Source of the DNA: Prasinococcaceae sp. CCMP 1430
Lineage: Eukaryota; Plantae; Prasinodermophyta
Reading direction: 5' to 3'
Length of the DNA stretch: 64,000 nt
Assembly: GCA_013416795.1 (NCBI GenBank)
Contig: RQSC01000630.1
Location: 1-64,000, forward strand
Shown: positions 34,101 to 45,186 of the stretch, piece after piece
How positions within the stretch are numbered: position 1 is the stretch's first letter
How the letters are laid out: the number at the start of each line of letters is the position of its first letter
Made by a program: the position numbers and the translations under genes
Notes under the pieces: generated by a model
What the model saw: only the letters and a program-made list of their open reading frames with translations
Database searches by the model: none
What the model was told of the DNA's origin: nothing

Positions 34101-35363
34101 CGCGTGTGCCTGGATCGGCTGGGCGATGAGAAACGCGCGTTCGCGATCGTGCGTCGCGCCCGTAGCCAGGAGAGCGCAAACATCGCTGCGCGCTATTGTG
34201 CCGCCCGCAATGATCACACGCGCACGATCGAATTTCTTGCAATGGCGGGTCGCTTGGAGGAGGCCTTTGCATGCGCAACGGAGCACCGCTTGATCGACGC
34301 CTATGCTGCCACGCTTGGTGATAGCGCGCCGGCAGAGGAGTACCAACGGTTGGCGAGATGGTACGAGGGCCAAGGCGAGCACGAGAAGGCTGGCCGCCTG
34401 TACGAGCGCTGCGAGGAGTGGGCGCCCGCTCTCAAACTCTACTTGCGGTGTGGTGGCGCGCTGCTAGACGATGCCATCGAGCTCGTGGGTAAAGCCGGCA
34501 ACGATGCGCTGACCAACCAGCTGGTGGACCACCTGATGGGCGAGTCGGACGGCGTGCCGAAGGACCACAACTACCTCTTCCGACTGCACATGGCGCTGGG
34601 CAACTACGACCAAGCGGCGCGCGCTGCGGTGCTCGTCGCGCAGCAGGAGCAGGAGCTCGGGCAATACAAAGTTGCGCACGCTCAACTCCTTTCAACGACG
34701 CGCGAGCTTCGACGGCAATCGCGCCGTGCGCCTAACGAGCTCAGCCGTCAGCTGATGCTGCTCCACAGCTACGTGCTCGTGAGATCGCAGGTTCGCATGG
34801 GGAACCATGAGCAGGCAGCGCGGCTACTCGTGCGCGTGGCTCGCAATATCTCGCGTTTTCCCGCCCACGTGGTGCCCATCCTTACGAGCACAGTCATTGA
34901 GTGTGTGAAGGCGGGATTCAAGGCGCTCGCGCTCGAGTATGCCACGGTGCTCGTGCGACCCGAGTACCGTTCGCAGATTGCGCCCGCCTACAAAAAGAAA
35001 ATCGAGGGAATGGTGCGGCGGCCTGACAAAGAGGCGCAGCTTCCTCCGCCCCCCGAGCCAACCAAACCGTGCCCCTTTTGCGGGGCCGAGGTTCCCGAAA
35101 TGGACCTGGAGTGCTCGTCGTGCAAGAACATCCTTCCGTATTGTGTCGCCTCTGGCAAGCATATGGTCTTGGACTCGTGGACACAGTGTCCAGCGTGCAA
35201 ATTCCCGGCACTCTACTATGAATTCATGACAGTGCTGCAAAATGACAAGGCGTGCCCGATGTGCAGCGAGACGGACATTCCGCTCGCGTCGATCAAGGTG
35301 CTCGACGACCCGCTGGGGGTCCTCCGCGCCGACAGACCGCCGTCTTCGGTTGAGGGTCGGTAG
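31116..35363 (+). CDS. IFT144: Intraflagellar transport protein 144 (WDR19), intronless
   Basis: N-terminus MKQL..LG....F.W....LAV.G....V..YDR.G matches WDR19. Also GKHSKAITCGAW, YLTSLLE, ALEMRKDLKQW, LMLLHSYVLV, NISRFPAHVVPILTSTVIEC and C-terminal Zn-finger CxxC pairs. Confidence 0.97.
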   Translation: MKQLASVQTTVLGGRAVRFRWDPKGRLLAVGGVERTVCVYDRTGAQIDQIVLPPVDDIAPKPEKGKAVDPRQVAALEWDASGEKLAIMATGTAQVTLWSATSRQKQFIEMAPSAAHTLTWMGWSRLTTGPGAATLAVGTAKGALMLYDDKHARKVPVMGKHSKAITCGAWSINGTLVLGSEDKTVTVSLSNGDTLKTLPMAHRPWSFQFGTRPTGADGGAVTRLGTRGPNVLSIIIGGLSLLTYSIDGQGMPNDSPVELVFKASYGTLMSHQWVGTSGLLVLGFQNGYVNVVDGREGHSQNALFTERLHTDYMVMCAYSESLQRLATLGKHSLRVVDMAGAGASAQFRELKDDAIDYSQNFYMTEIAWTADGQMLTTANETGVVTLLLASLPVVNAAFGSRAAYLTSLLEMSIADVVTGWRVYVKLEAEPSLVAMGESHAAAGLNNQVWFYAVEEDQSQPLDAAGVANTTKVIRHVTKRDYLGAVKAVCMNAQWAAVLAQGRVLLHAIELSADPEDAMAITLPEGDRGEVTCVAMTPAFLVYATDSGLVCYYDVGARAAVNEYRHARGTVRALYPNHSGTRVVMVDDSNDLWLYNPVNDQVLEVPQFEGEFERIIWDLAQPHVFVVATRRELHCMLYSPVTISGPSVTLLGTDSLLTGHSPVTLNNGVVAVQGAGGELSRVRLHSHRHVQPLEAGAPLDAASLSLRCEQLLALRRLAEAWECAVQLREPAVWEELVRVALNQLEVGLAIRVYRAVGEAGMVQALEAVAGIDDRVLLAGHVTLLLSGDTEAAQDLFLRSSRPAAALEMRKDLKQWEAALALAQQLDAQHGTGAQLPEICRENAALLEARGEYERSLAFYERALGYSDGDDPTRDAARNAACVAGMARVCVRLGDARRGRQLALDANSETLCRECAAIFEEMGLLTEAAEMYQHGGQHERAASIYIATKAFSLAKPLMSRIKSPKLQLQYARAKEAEGRFDDAADAYEAAGANDYLVRVCLDRLGDEKRAFAIVRRARSQESANIAARYCAARNDHTRTIEFLAMAGRLEEAFACATEHRLIDAYAATLGDSAPAEEYQRLARWYEGQGEHEKAGRLYERCEEWAPALKLYLRCGGALLDDAIELVGKAGNDALTNQLVDHLMGESDGVPKDHNYLFRLHMALGNYDQAARAAVLVAQQEQELGQYKVAHAQLLSTTRELRRQSRRAPNELSRQLMLLHSYVLVRSQVRMGNHEQAARLLVRVARNISRFPAHVVPILTSTVIECVKAGFKALALEYATVLVRPEYRSQIAPAYKKKIEGMVRRPDKEAQLPPPPEPTKPCPFCGAEVPEMDLECSSCKNILPYCVASGKHMVLDSWTQCPACKFPALYYEFMTVLQNDKACPMCSETDIPLASIKVLDDPLGVLRADRPPSSVEGR

Positions 35364-35560
35364 GGCGCGCGGGCACAGACGTGCGAGCGGCGCGACGCGT
35401 CACTCACTCCCACAAATATGACTCAGCATAATCTATGTGATGCACGCACGTGGGACGCGCTCGAGCTCAAGCGGGCACGGACGCCCTGCCGCCAAACGCG
35501 CACGCTCCGCAAGTGTGGGTACACTTCTGTGGACATGCTCCTTCTCACGACGACTAGCAC

Positions 35561-37196
35561 TTATTGGGGTTTCTCCCACTGCGTTGTGTTCGTGGAAACG
35601 TTGTAGTAGTAGGTCGTCCCCGTTTTGGCATCCACGCCACTTTGCCACCCAGGTGGCAGGTCAGACGCGGCGGGTGCGACGGGTGCGGGCTGCGCGGCAG
35701 CGGGCTGCGCGGCAGCGGGCTGCGCGGCGGCGGGCTGCGCGGCAGCGGGCTGCGGGGCGGCAGGCTGCGAGGGGGCAGGCTGCTGCGGGAGCTGCTGCTG
35801 CGGGTAAGGCTGGCCCGGGTACGGATGGCCCGGGTACGGTGGACCAGGGTACGGCTGGCCAGGGTGCGGTGGGCCAGGGAACTGCTGCGGCGGGGGCTGG
35901 CCGTACGGCCCAGGCGGGCCGTAGCCGGGAGGGGGCTGGCCGTAGCCGTACGGCGGCGGTTGGCCGTACGGCGGGGGCTGGCCAAACGGCGGGGGCTGGC
36001 CATATGGCCCCAACGGCGCGCCCCCCGGTGGCGCGCCCTGAGCGATGGCGTGCGCTGCGCGGGCGTCTGGTGCGTTGACGACGTCTGTGACGAGCCTCTG
36101 CGCCTCTTTGATGCATGCCGCGTTGCCAGAGAGGGTAACGACCCGCTCCGTCGAACCCGGGGCAGTCTCCCTGTCCGGCTGCACCTGGATGCGCGCACCG
36201 GACCTGTCCTGCAGCAGCTTGATGGTCTCGCCTCCCTTGCCGATGATGGTGCCCACTTTGCCGTTTGGTACCCTCATGACCAGCTCCTCGTCACCAGGAT
36301 TGCGCTGCGCCGAGCGAGGCAGGCCGAGGCCGGGTCCACCGCCCGGGCCCGCCTGGTTGTTGATCTCTGCCATGATCATCCTCTCCGCAGCGGCGACCGC
36401 TTTGTCTGATCCCGTCAGCTCGATGGGGCGCATCTCCACGCCAGTCTCGCTCCGCTCATTCTCCTCGTCCTTGCGGATCTGAATTCGACAGCCGGTGGTG
36501 TCCTGTAGCATGCGAATGACCTCACCGCCGCGCCCGATGACCTTGCCCACCGACGCGCTGGGCACCTTGATTACCTTCGTCGCGTTCGGATCGTCCAGGT
36601 ACGTGGTGTACTCAGAGTCCGCGGCGAGCGGGCGCAGCGTCGTTGTGGCGAAGCCAGCGGCAGCGCCGCCCTGGCCCTGAATCGCAGCCAGCGTGCGCCT
36701 GTGCGCAGCGATGGTCTCGTTGCGGATGTCCTCGTCGAACAGCAAGTCCCGCACCTTGGCGACGCCTTCGCTGACGTTCAAGCCGCTGTCGGCCTCGATC
36801 ACGACGCACAGCGGCTCGCCCAGGCCGCCCTGGAGCGTCACCTTGCAGCCCGTCTCTGCCTCCAAATGCTTCTTGTGCATCTCGCGCGGACCAACGAGGA
36901 GGTCTGCGCAGCGGCCCGCGGGCAATCGCATGCGGCGGGGCGCGCATCGAGGTCAGCGCCCTAAACGTCAGCGCGGGCGGGCATGCGCGATCGCGTGGCG
37001 CGCGGCGCCGCGGACGCCCTCTGGCGCGCGCACACACAGGGGAATGCGGCGCGCGGGAGGGCGCGCGCGGGGGCGCGCACCTTCCCAGTCGACGCCCAGC
37101 ACGTCCTCGGGCACGAGCAGCTTCTCCGTGCGCGGCCCGCTCGCGCGCGCGCGCTTCGCCGCCGTGCCTGTCGTCGTCGCACGGCGGGTCCGACAT
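35561..37196 (-). CDS. RNA-binding protein with three KH domains, Pro/Gln/Tyr-rich region and C-terminal WW domain; start unresolved
   Basis: SF1-like KH (LLVGPRE..KK.LEAETGCKV), two KH domains with GxxG (VGKVIGRGGE, VGTIIGKGGE), WW (LPPGW......G..YYYN..T..TQWEKP). Intron 37080-36904. Confidence 0.88.
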
Positions 37197-37454
37197 GGCG
37201 CGCGCGCTCCCGCCGGCAGCCGCCCCGCCCGCCGCAGAGCGGGGAAGCGCGGGGGGCAGGGCGCGCCGTGTGGCGCCAACAACCAACGTGACCCCCGTAC
37301 ATGTACCAACACCTGCCCCGGCGAGCCCCCTGCTTTTTGACCTCCGTCCGCGAACGTCCGCCCCTCCCCACGCCGCGCGGAAAAGAACAATGCGGCACAC
37401 GCGCGCGAACATCGCTACCGAACCCTAAAATATGTATCCCCTAATGATTGCGTT

Positions 37455-37490
37455 GATTTTGATTTTGATTTTGATTTTGATTTTGATTTT
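37455..37490. repeat. (GATTTT)6 tandem repeat in an AT-rich divergent promoter island
   Basis: Direct reading. Confidence 0.9.
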
Positions 37491-37676
37491 TACGCCGTTT
37501 TTGTGGCGAGGCGCGGCGACCGCATGCGGAGCATGAGCCCGCGCGCCCGGGGCGCCGTTCCCCGAAGTGGCACCCGCGGGGCGCGGCGCGGGCGGCACAG
37601 CGCGCACGGCGCGAGCGCGCGGCGATCGCGCGCGGAGTGGGATCGGAGGGAGAACGCCGGCGCCGGCGCAGCCGCC

Positions 37677-40600
37677 ATGGTGCGTGGCGCGCCGCGCGCC
37701 GCGGGCGCGCGAGGGCGTTTCGAGCGAACGCAGACGAGCCAGAGGAGCGCGCGCGAGAGGACCCCCCGCCTCCCAGCCCCCTCCCTCCCCACCGCGCGCA
37801 CGCGTCCCCCGCGTGCCGGGCCGATGTGCCGCACGCGGCGCATTCGAAGGCTGCTACAGGAATCGTTCTGCTCTCGAGCGCGCGCACTTCCCAGAAGGGG
37901 GCGGGGGGGGGGAGCAGGCGCGCGCGCGCGCGTCCGCGCGCACGAATTCGTGCGGGAGGCATACAAAGCGCGCGTCCTCCGACCGCCTTTCGCCGTGTCG
38001 CGCGTGCACGTGGAGCGCGCCCACGAGCGCCGTGCAACCGGGCCTCTCTCGTCGCAGCCCTTCGATTCTGACGCGGCATGCCCTCCCCGCCTGCTCCCCA
38101 CCCACCAACCCACCAACCCACCAACCCACCAACCCACCAACCCACCAACCCACTCGCTCCCCCTGAATTCTCCTGAATTCCCTTCCTCTCCCAGAAGCTC
38201 GAGTGGTCGTTCGGCCTCGCGACGGCCGTTTCGGGCGGGGTCGCCGACCTGACACCCCTCGACGGATCGAGCTCGTCCATTGTGCACCTCGCGGGTCACA
38301 CGGCCATCGTGTACGACCCCGCAGCGCACTCGCAGCTCATGCTGCAGGGCCACTGCAACCCGATCACGTGCCTGTGCGTGTCGCTCGACAAGACGGTGAT
38401 AGCGACGGCAGACGCGGGCGCCGAGAGCGTGGTTGTGCTCTGGGACGCGGCGTCGGGTGCGCCGCTTCGGACCATCGCGGCGCCTCACGACGGCGGCGTC
38501 GCCGCCATGGACCTCTCCACCGACGGCTCGCTGCTTGTTACGATGGCCGCGGCGCCCGCCGGCGGGAGCGACGCGGAGGATCCCACGCTCGATGGTTTCG
38601 AGCAGGGGGTGGCGCTGTGGCAGCTAGACGGTTCGCACGAGATGCCCGTGGCGAGCGCCAACCTTCCGCCGGGCGACTTGCAGTCTTGCGTGCGCTTTCG
38701 CGAGAGCTGTAGCAGTGCGACGCTGCTCGGCGGCGAAGGCTCGGGGACCGGCGGCGGCGAGGCCGGAACGGATGTGCCCGCCGGCGGCGCGTCGGACGAC
38801 TTCGAGTTCGTCAGCAACGGCCACTCAAGGGCCTGCTTCTGGAGCGCCGGCGGTGGCTCACGGCTGGCGCACACGTCGCCCGCAGCCTCGGCGCGCGATT
38901 TCAAGCAGAGCATCGGCGCCTTCACGGTGAGCGCGTTCATGCCGCGCGACCCGACCGCGCGCGCAGTGACGGGCACGTCCGACGGCGACGTGGTGGTGTG
39001 GGAGCGCACGGGCGGCCATGACGCCGCAACGGGCGCACCGCGCCGCAAGGCCGTCAAGGTGGTGCAGCTGCACCAGAGCGCCATTATGTGCCTCGTGAGC
39101 TACGGTGACTACCTTGTGAGCGGCGGCGCAGACGGCTACGTGCGCTGGTTCGACGGTAAGTTTCGCCTCGAGGCGTGGTTCGAAGAGCTCGCCGCGGGCG
39201 GCGTGCACTCGATCTGCTTCGCGGCGGGCGGTGCGGACGCGGGCGACGGTGTCGACAATGAGGCGCCGCTGCCCGACTTCCTGGTGGGCACGGCCGAGGG
39301 CAAGGTTAAGCTAGTGCACGGCGACTCTTTCGAGGACCCCACGGTCGACGAGGAGCGCTCCGGCGAGCTCCTGCTGGCAGGGGTCAGCAGCGGCGCCGTC
39401 TACGCGCTCGCAGCGAGCCCCTCAGCGGACGAGTTCGCCGTCGCGGGGGCTGCTGTCGGCCTCGAGGTTTGGGACTACGTTAAGCGGTGCTCACTGGCGC
39501 AGCGCGGCTTTAAAAGCGGCGCCGCCGCGGTCGCGCTCACGTATGCCGCCGACGGCACCTCCATTGCCGCGGGGTTTCGCTCGGGCCACGTCGCCCTGTA
39601 CGACTCGCGCTCGCTTGACGAACTGTGGGCGCTGCGATTCGGCGTGTCTCCCATCGTGGAGCTTGTCTTCCGTCCCGATGGCGCGGTCCTCGCGGTCGCC
39701 GACGCCGCGCGCACGGTGGGAGCGCTGCGCCGCGGCAGCGAGCCGCCGCCCGGGACTGACGACGGCGACGAGCCCGAATGGGAGGTCGCGGGCAAGCATC
39801 GCGCCCACACTGGCGCGATCACCGGACTGGCGTTCGCCTCGTGCGGGGAGACCGAGGGCGCGGCGCACCGGCTTTTCTCAGTGGGGGAGGACGGCGCCCT
39901 CGCCGAATATGACGTGAACGGCGCGCGCGAGGACATTGGGCTCCCCTTGGCGCGCCGCCGCCAGGTGTCGCGCGGCGCCAGCCCCACTGGGCTCGTGGTC
40001 CTCGAGCCGCGGGCAGCGGCGTTCAGGGGCCGCGACGACTCGTCGGGGGTGGGCAGTGCCGGTGCGTCCGAGGCGTCGGGCCTGCTGCTGGTGGCCGATT
40101 CGGAATACAAGCTACGCTCATACTCGATGGCCACCCTCGAGTGCGTAGGGACGGTGCTCGCGCCCACCTACGCGGGCCCCGTCAACAGGCTGCTGCCGCT
40201 GGGTGAGGGCCACCTCGTGTACGGCACTCTGGAACGAGTGGTGGGTCTGTTGCAGCTGCCTCTGACGGGCGATCCCAACGCAGCTATGGGGCTCATAGCC
40301 CACCCGGGTGAGGTGGCGGCGCTCGCGCTGAACCGGGATGGCAGCCGGCTGCTCACAGCAGGCGCAACGGACGGTGTGATCAACCAGTGGCGCGTCGACA
40401 CGAGCTCCTTCGAGGCCGCAGTCGCCGAGGGCACGGGCGACGACGCGCGCTGCGCTGCGCTGATCGAGGGCGGGAAGGAAGGCGCCTTTTACTCGGAGAT
40501 CGTCGACTACTTCTACTACTCGCAAATTCGCGAGCAGGGCGAGGCCACGCGGCAGGAGCGACGCGTCGAGCAGTGCGTGGACGCAGAGCAGTTGCCTGAC

Positions 40601-41092
40601 CTCATGCGCGCACTGGGCTATTATCCCTCGCAGGCCGACGTGGAGGACATCGCCAACGAGCTCAAAGCCAAAGGCGTCATTGGCCACGAGGCCGGCGGTG
40701 GCAGCACGGCACAGATCCGTGTGGAGGGGGGTGCTGAGGGTGGTCACGAGAGCGGCAACCGCGGCGGCGAGGCCGACGGTGATGGCAACGTCACCACCAG
40801 CAGTGGCAAGGTGCCTTTCCAGGAGTTTCTGAACTTGTATACAAATTATCGACCGGTCTTTGGAGTGACCAAGGAACACATCGAGACCGCGTTCGCGGAG
40901 CTCACCAGCGGGCATGGGGCAATCTCCACGGCGGACCTACTAAAGCTGCTTACGTCGATGGGCGACATGATGTCCCCCCAAGAGCTCGAAAGCTGCCTGG
41001 TAGGCCTCATGGGGGAGGATGGCGTCCGGCAGCTGCCCGAGACGGTCGACGCACATGCCTTCGCCGAGACTTGGCTCGGGTTCGAGGCGTGA
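37677..41092 (+). CDS. CFAP251: Cilia- and flagella-associated protein 251 (WDR66), WD40 plus EF-hand-like tail
   Basis: Exon 38195-41092: KLEWSFG, Q..LQGHCNPITC, TAD.G.ES....WD, G.DG.VR.FD..FRL.AWFE, LAPTYAGP, MGLIAHPG, DYFYYSQIR.QGE, LMRALGYYPS. Proposed first exon is ATG only (37677-37679). TGTAA at 41131. Confidence 0.93.
38101..38153. repeat. (CCCACCAA)n octamer tandem repeat in the CFAP251 first intron
   Basis: Six-plus perfect copies read directly. Confidence 0.9.
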
Positions 41093-41483
41093 GCGTGCCA
41101 CGCGCACGCGCAGACGCACGCCACGCAAACTGTAATGCATACGCACAAGACATCCCAGGGGCGGAGAGGCTCGTAGTCTGCGGCGCGCACGCGCTACGGC
41201 AGGGCAGCGCCCGCGAGGCGCGCGGCGGCACGCAGCTCGGCGAGCTCGCTCGGCCGTAGAATCAACAATTAACCCTAGTACCGGATCCAACCCTAACAAT
41301 ACATACCCAAACCGCGGCTGATACAAATTGAAAAGTGGGCAACGCTGCAGAGCGGCCGCTGCGCTGCTGCACGCTGTGCACGTGCACGTGCACATCCACA
41401 GCGCGTGCGGCGGGCGCAGCGGGCGCGGCGGGCGGCGGCATTGCTGCCGCCGCTGCCCCCTCTCCCCTCCCTTACCGGGCGCG

Positions 41484-42160
41484 ATGAGCGACAGCGACGA
41501 CGACTGGCTGGACGAGCCCGCGCCTCCACCCCCGCCACCGAGCGCGCGCGCGCGCGCCGTGCCACCGCCGGCGGCAGTGGCCGCGCCAACACCCGCGCCC
41601 GGCCCCGCACCCGCATCCTCTGCTCTGGACCAGGGGGCGGCCAGGGTCACTCGGACGGACACGCACCCGCCTGAGACCCAGACGAGTGGCTCACCGCCGG
41701 CGGCGGGTGGGAAAGGGCAGCCGGGTCCGCCGCGCCAGCCGCAGCCGCAGCAGCAGCAGCAGCAGCAGTCGCAGGAGTCGCAGCAGTCGCAGCAGCTGCA
41801 GCAGTCGCAGCAGCCGCAGCAGCCGCAGCTGCAGGCGTCGCTCCCGCCGACGCGCCGACAAGAAATCGAGCTCGAGCTCGCGGGCGCCAAGGCGCTGGCC
41901 TGCACACAGGGTGCGCTACGCGCGCTCATGGCGCGCGCCGCGGACCGTTCGCTTGCCGCCGACGGTGCCCGCGCCTCAGCGCTCGCAGCGGCTGAGGCGC
42001 ACGCGCTCGCGCTCGCCGACGTGCACCGCGCGCTCGACGAGGCGGCAGCCGCGGCGGCAGCAAGCCGAGGGGCATCGGAGGCCTCGCGCCGCGAGGCAGA
42101 CGCGGCGGCTCAGGCGGCTGCTGAAGAGCGCGCAGCGCAGGCCGCGGACCGCACGCGCCA
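41484..42160 (+). CDS. N-terminal part of a Pro/Gln-rich coiled-coil protein (possibly the 5' half of the golgin-like gene at 44.4-45.0 kb)
   Basis: MSDSDDDWLDEPAPPPP.., poly-Q, then Ala/Glu heptads. Lies downstream of a telobox island (41271-41296). The frame runs into antisense TMEM107. Confidence 0.55.
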
Positions 42161-42762
42161 GTGCGCCGCCAGGTACAGCGCGGTGAGCACGAAGCCGAAG
42201 AAGTGCAGCAGCGTGGAGAGCGCGTTGATCTTGGGCAGGAACAGCGACACGCCCGCAAACACGCCGACGAGCTCAACCGCAAAAAGCGCGAGAGACGCGC
42301 CCACTATGGACTCCAGCCAGTCCTCGTCGTCGCTCAGCTGCGCGGCGGTCGACGTCGCAGGCTCTGCGCGCACAACCTTCATCGGCGCACAACCAGCGAC
42401 GTGCGCGGCTGTCAGCACAGCACGGAGGCCGCCGGGGCGCGTCTGTCGTAGTGCGCTGGCGCACGCGGCGTGCGCGGCACCTCCAAGCGAGGGTCGCGGA
42501 AACGATGCGACACTGCTCACGGCTGGCGAGCGCTGCCGCGCGTGCTGCCGCGCTTCGACGCCACTCTGCGCGCACGAAGGGGCATGCGCGGGAGCACGCG
42601 CCGGCTCGCGCGGGCGCGGACGGCCGCGCGCGCGCGCATGCAGCAGCACTTGGCGCGACGCACCGTGCCGGCGAGATCGTAGGCCGCCGTCATGACGAGC
42701 ACGAGGTGCGCGACGACCGTCAGAAAGCGCGCTGGCAGGAGGATCTCCTCGCGGGACGGCAT
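42150..42762 (-). CDS. TMEM107: Transition-zone protein TMEM107, last TM exon not found
   Basis: Exon 42762-42664 (LLPARFLTVVAHLVLV) and exon from 42376 (SLALFAVELVGVFAGVSLF....N.LS.LLH..G......Y....W) match TMEM107 as recalled. Confidence 0.8.
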
Positions 42763-42958
42763 GATTGCCACTGGGCGGGCGGCGCGCGGACGCGCGTTCA
42801 GGGCGGGGCGCAGGAGGGGGGAAGAATGCGAGGGGAACGGGGCAGCTCGCCGGCCGCACGCGCTTGAGCGCTTGAGCGCTTGGGCGCGGGGGTCGCCGCC
42901 TCGCGCCCGCAACGCGCGCGTCGCGCCGCCCCCGCTGTGGCGTCGCCGCGGCCCACTC

Positions 42959-43601
42959 NNNNNNNNNNNNNNNNNNNNNNNNNNNNNNNNNNNNNNNNNN
43001 NNNNNNNNNNNNNNNNNNNNNNNNNNNNNNNNNNNNNNNNNNNNNNNNNNNNNNNNNNNNNNNNNNNNNNNNNNNNNNNNNNNNNNNNNNNNNNNNNNNN
43101 NNNNNNNNNNNNNNNNNNNNNNNNNNNNNNNNNNNNNNNNNNNNNNNNNNNNNNNNNNNNNNNNNNNNNNNNNNNNNNNNNNNNNNNNNNNNNNNNNNNN
43201 NNNNNNNNNNNNNNNNNNNNNNNNNNNNNNNNNNNNNNNNNNNNNNNNNNNNNNNNNNNNNNNNNNNNNNNNNNNNNNNNNNNNNNNNNNNNNNNNNNNN
43301 NNNNNNNNNNNNNNNNNNNNNNNNNNNNNNNNNNNNNNNNNNNNNNNNNNNNNNNNNNNNNNNNNNNNNNNNNNNNNNNNNNNNNNNNNNNNNNNNNNNN
43401 NNNNNNNNNNNNNNNNNNNNNNNNNNNNNNNNNNNNNNNNNNNNNNNNNNNNNNNNNNNNNNNNNNNNNNNNNNNNNNNNNNNNNNNNNNNNNNNNNNNN
43501 NNNNNNNNNNNNNNNNNNNNNNNNNNNNNNNNNNNNNNNNNNNNNNNNNNNNNNNNNNNNNNNNNNNNNNNNNNNNNNNNNNNNNNNNNNNNNNNNNNNN
43601 N
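42959..43601. other. Assembly gap (643 N)
   Basis: Run of N. Confidence 1.
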
Positions 43602-43936
43602 CTGAATTGGCAGATTACGCAGCGCGCGGGCGCGCCGCCGCCAACCTCGACGGCGAGCTCGTGCTCGCGCCCGGCACCGTCCTCGAGGCACACGGACAGC
43701 GCGCAGCGCGGGCCGAGCGAGCGCACGCCCCGCAGGCGGTGCCAGCCCGCACACCGCAGCTCGGCGCACGTCGAGCGCAGCGCGGAGGCGGAAGCGCGCG
43801 CGCCGACCCCGGAAGCGGAGCCGGGCGCGCTGAGAACGTGAGCGTGAGCGTGTGTTGTGTATTGAGGGCAAACCCCGACCCCGCCAGGCGACGCCAGAGC
43901 GAGAATGTGGGCGTCAGGGTGCAATCGTGCGCATGA

Positions 43937-43971
<35 letters not shown>

Positions 43972-44224
43972 TGTGCGCGCGCGGTGTGCGCGCGTGCGTA
44001 AATGCGCGTGCGTGCGTGTGCATGCGCGCGCTCTCCTACCTCGGTGCGCCGCCGAGCTCTCTGGCGGCCGCGGCGAGCGCCGCGTCGACCTCTGCGAGGA
44101 AGTCGCGCACCGTGCGGCACGCCGCGCGCGCGGCGGCGAGCTGTGAGCGCGCGCGCGCGCTGCTGGCGAGCAGATCGTCGACGACGCCCTCACCGCCCAC
44201 CTGGTGTATGTGCGCGCGCTCGCG

Positions 44225-44262
<38 letters not shown>

Positions 44263-44420
44263 CGCGCGTGCGTGCGTGCATTCGTGACAGCAAGCGTCAG
44301 AGCTCGCACGTGCGTGTGTTCATGCTCGTATGTGCATGTGTGCATGTGCGCATGTGTGCATGCGTCTGTGCGCGTGCGCGCTCACGCACCTCGGCGTGCG
44401 CCGCGGGGCGCTCCGCGCGC
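43602..44420 (-). CDS. FANCL: FANCL E3 ubiquitin ligase, internal exons (ELF/DRWD); 3' end lost in gap, 5' end unresolved
   Basis: Exons ..44390, 44200-44040, 43829-.. splice in frame. EL...GW..L and LEDGAGREHEL.V resemble FANCL (EIGTLGWDKL..EDASGREHLI). Confidence 0.65.
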
Positions 44421-45001
44421 GGCTCGAGGCCGCCCAGCACGGCACGCGCACCAGCGGCGGGAGGGCGGCCCCCATCCTCGGGGCTGATGAGGTTGGGGGC
44501 TCCTCCATGGAGCAGACGAAGTCGCACTGGGAGCGCTCGCTCGAGGAGAAGGCCTCTGGGCTGGCTGACGCGCTGCTTGCCGCGCAGGCGCGCGCCGAGG
44601 CCGCCGCGTCGGACCGGAAGGCGCTGGCGCTACGGCTGGATGCCGCGATGAGGCAGGAAGAACGCCAGCAGCAGGAGAGACGGCAGCAGCAGCAGCTGCA
44701 GCAGCACGGCAGGCGCCGCGGACTGCAGCAGCGCGGGCCATGGGACGTCGAGGCGGCTGCCGCTGCTTCTGCCGGTTGCGGCGCCGGCGCTTCGCGGGGC
44801 GCGACGTCGAGGGCCGCGAGCGCCGCCGTGCGCGCGGGCTGGCTACCGAAGGGTGCGCTGCCCGCCGCTGGCCTCGTCGACGAGGTCAGCGTCGTGGGCT
44901 CGCGCATGCTTCGGCGCCACGGGCCGCTGCGGTGGGGTGTGTACGGCTACTTCCTCCTGCTGCACGTGTGGTTCTTCGTGGTATGGCGCGACTGGGGATA
45001 G
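44400..45001 (+). CDS. Golgin-84/CASP-like C-terminus (coiled coil plus tail anchor); 5' part unresolved
   Basis: LEEKASGLADALLAAQARAEAAASDRKALALRLD and MLRRHGPLRWGVYGYFLLLHVWFF resemble the golgin A5/CASP TM with conserved Y and H. Confidence 0.6.
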
Positions 45002-45186
45002 GCGCGCGGACGAGGCGCGCGCAATTCGCGGACCAGTCTGGGTGTGCTCAGGCGGCGGCGCTGTGGCGCTTGGGTGCTCGCGCTGCCAGTAGCAGAGCGC
45101 TACTGTATGTTGAATAATGTATATGAGAGCAGGTCTCTACCACGACCCGTGATCGTCTTACCGCGTGGCGCCCGCGCAGACTGGTC

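Noticed and set aside
35686-35775. 15-nt direct repeats resembling an array
   Set aside because: They encode the QPAAA repeat of the KH-WW protein; no spacers, not CRISPR.
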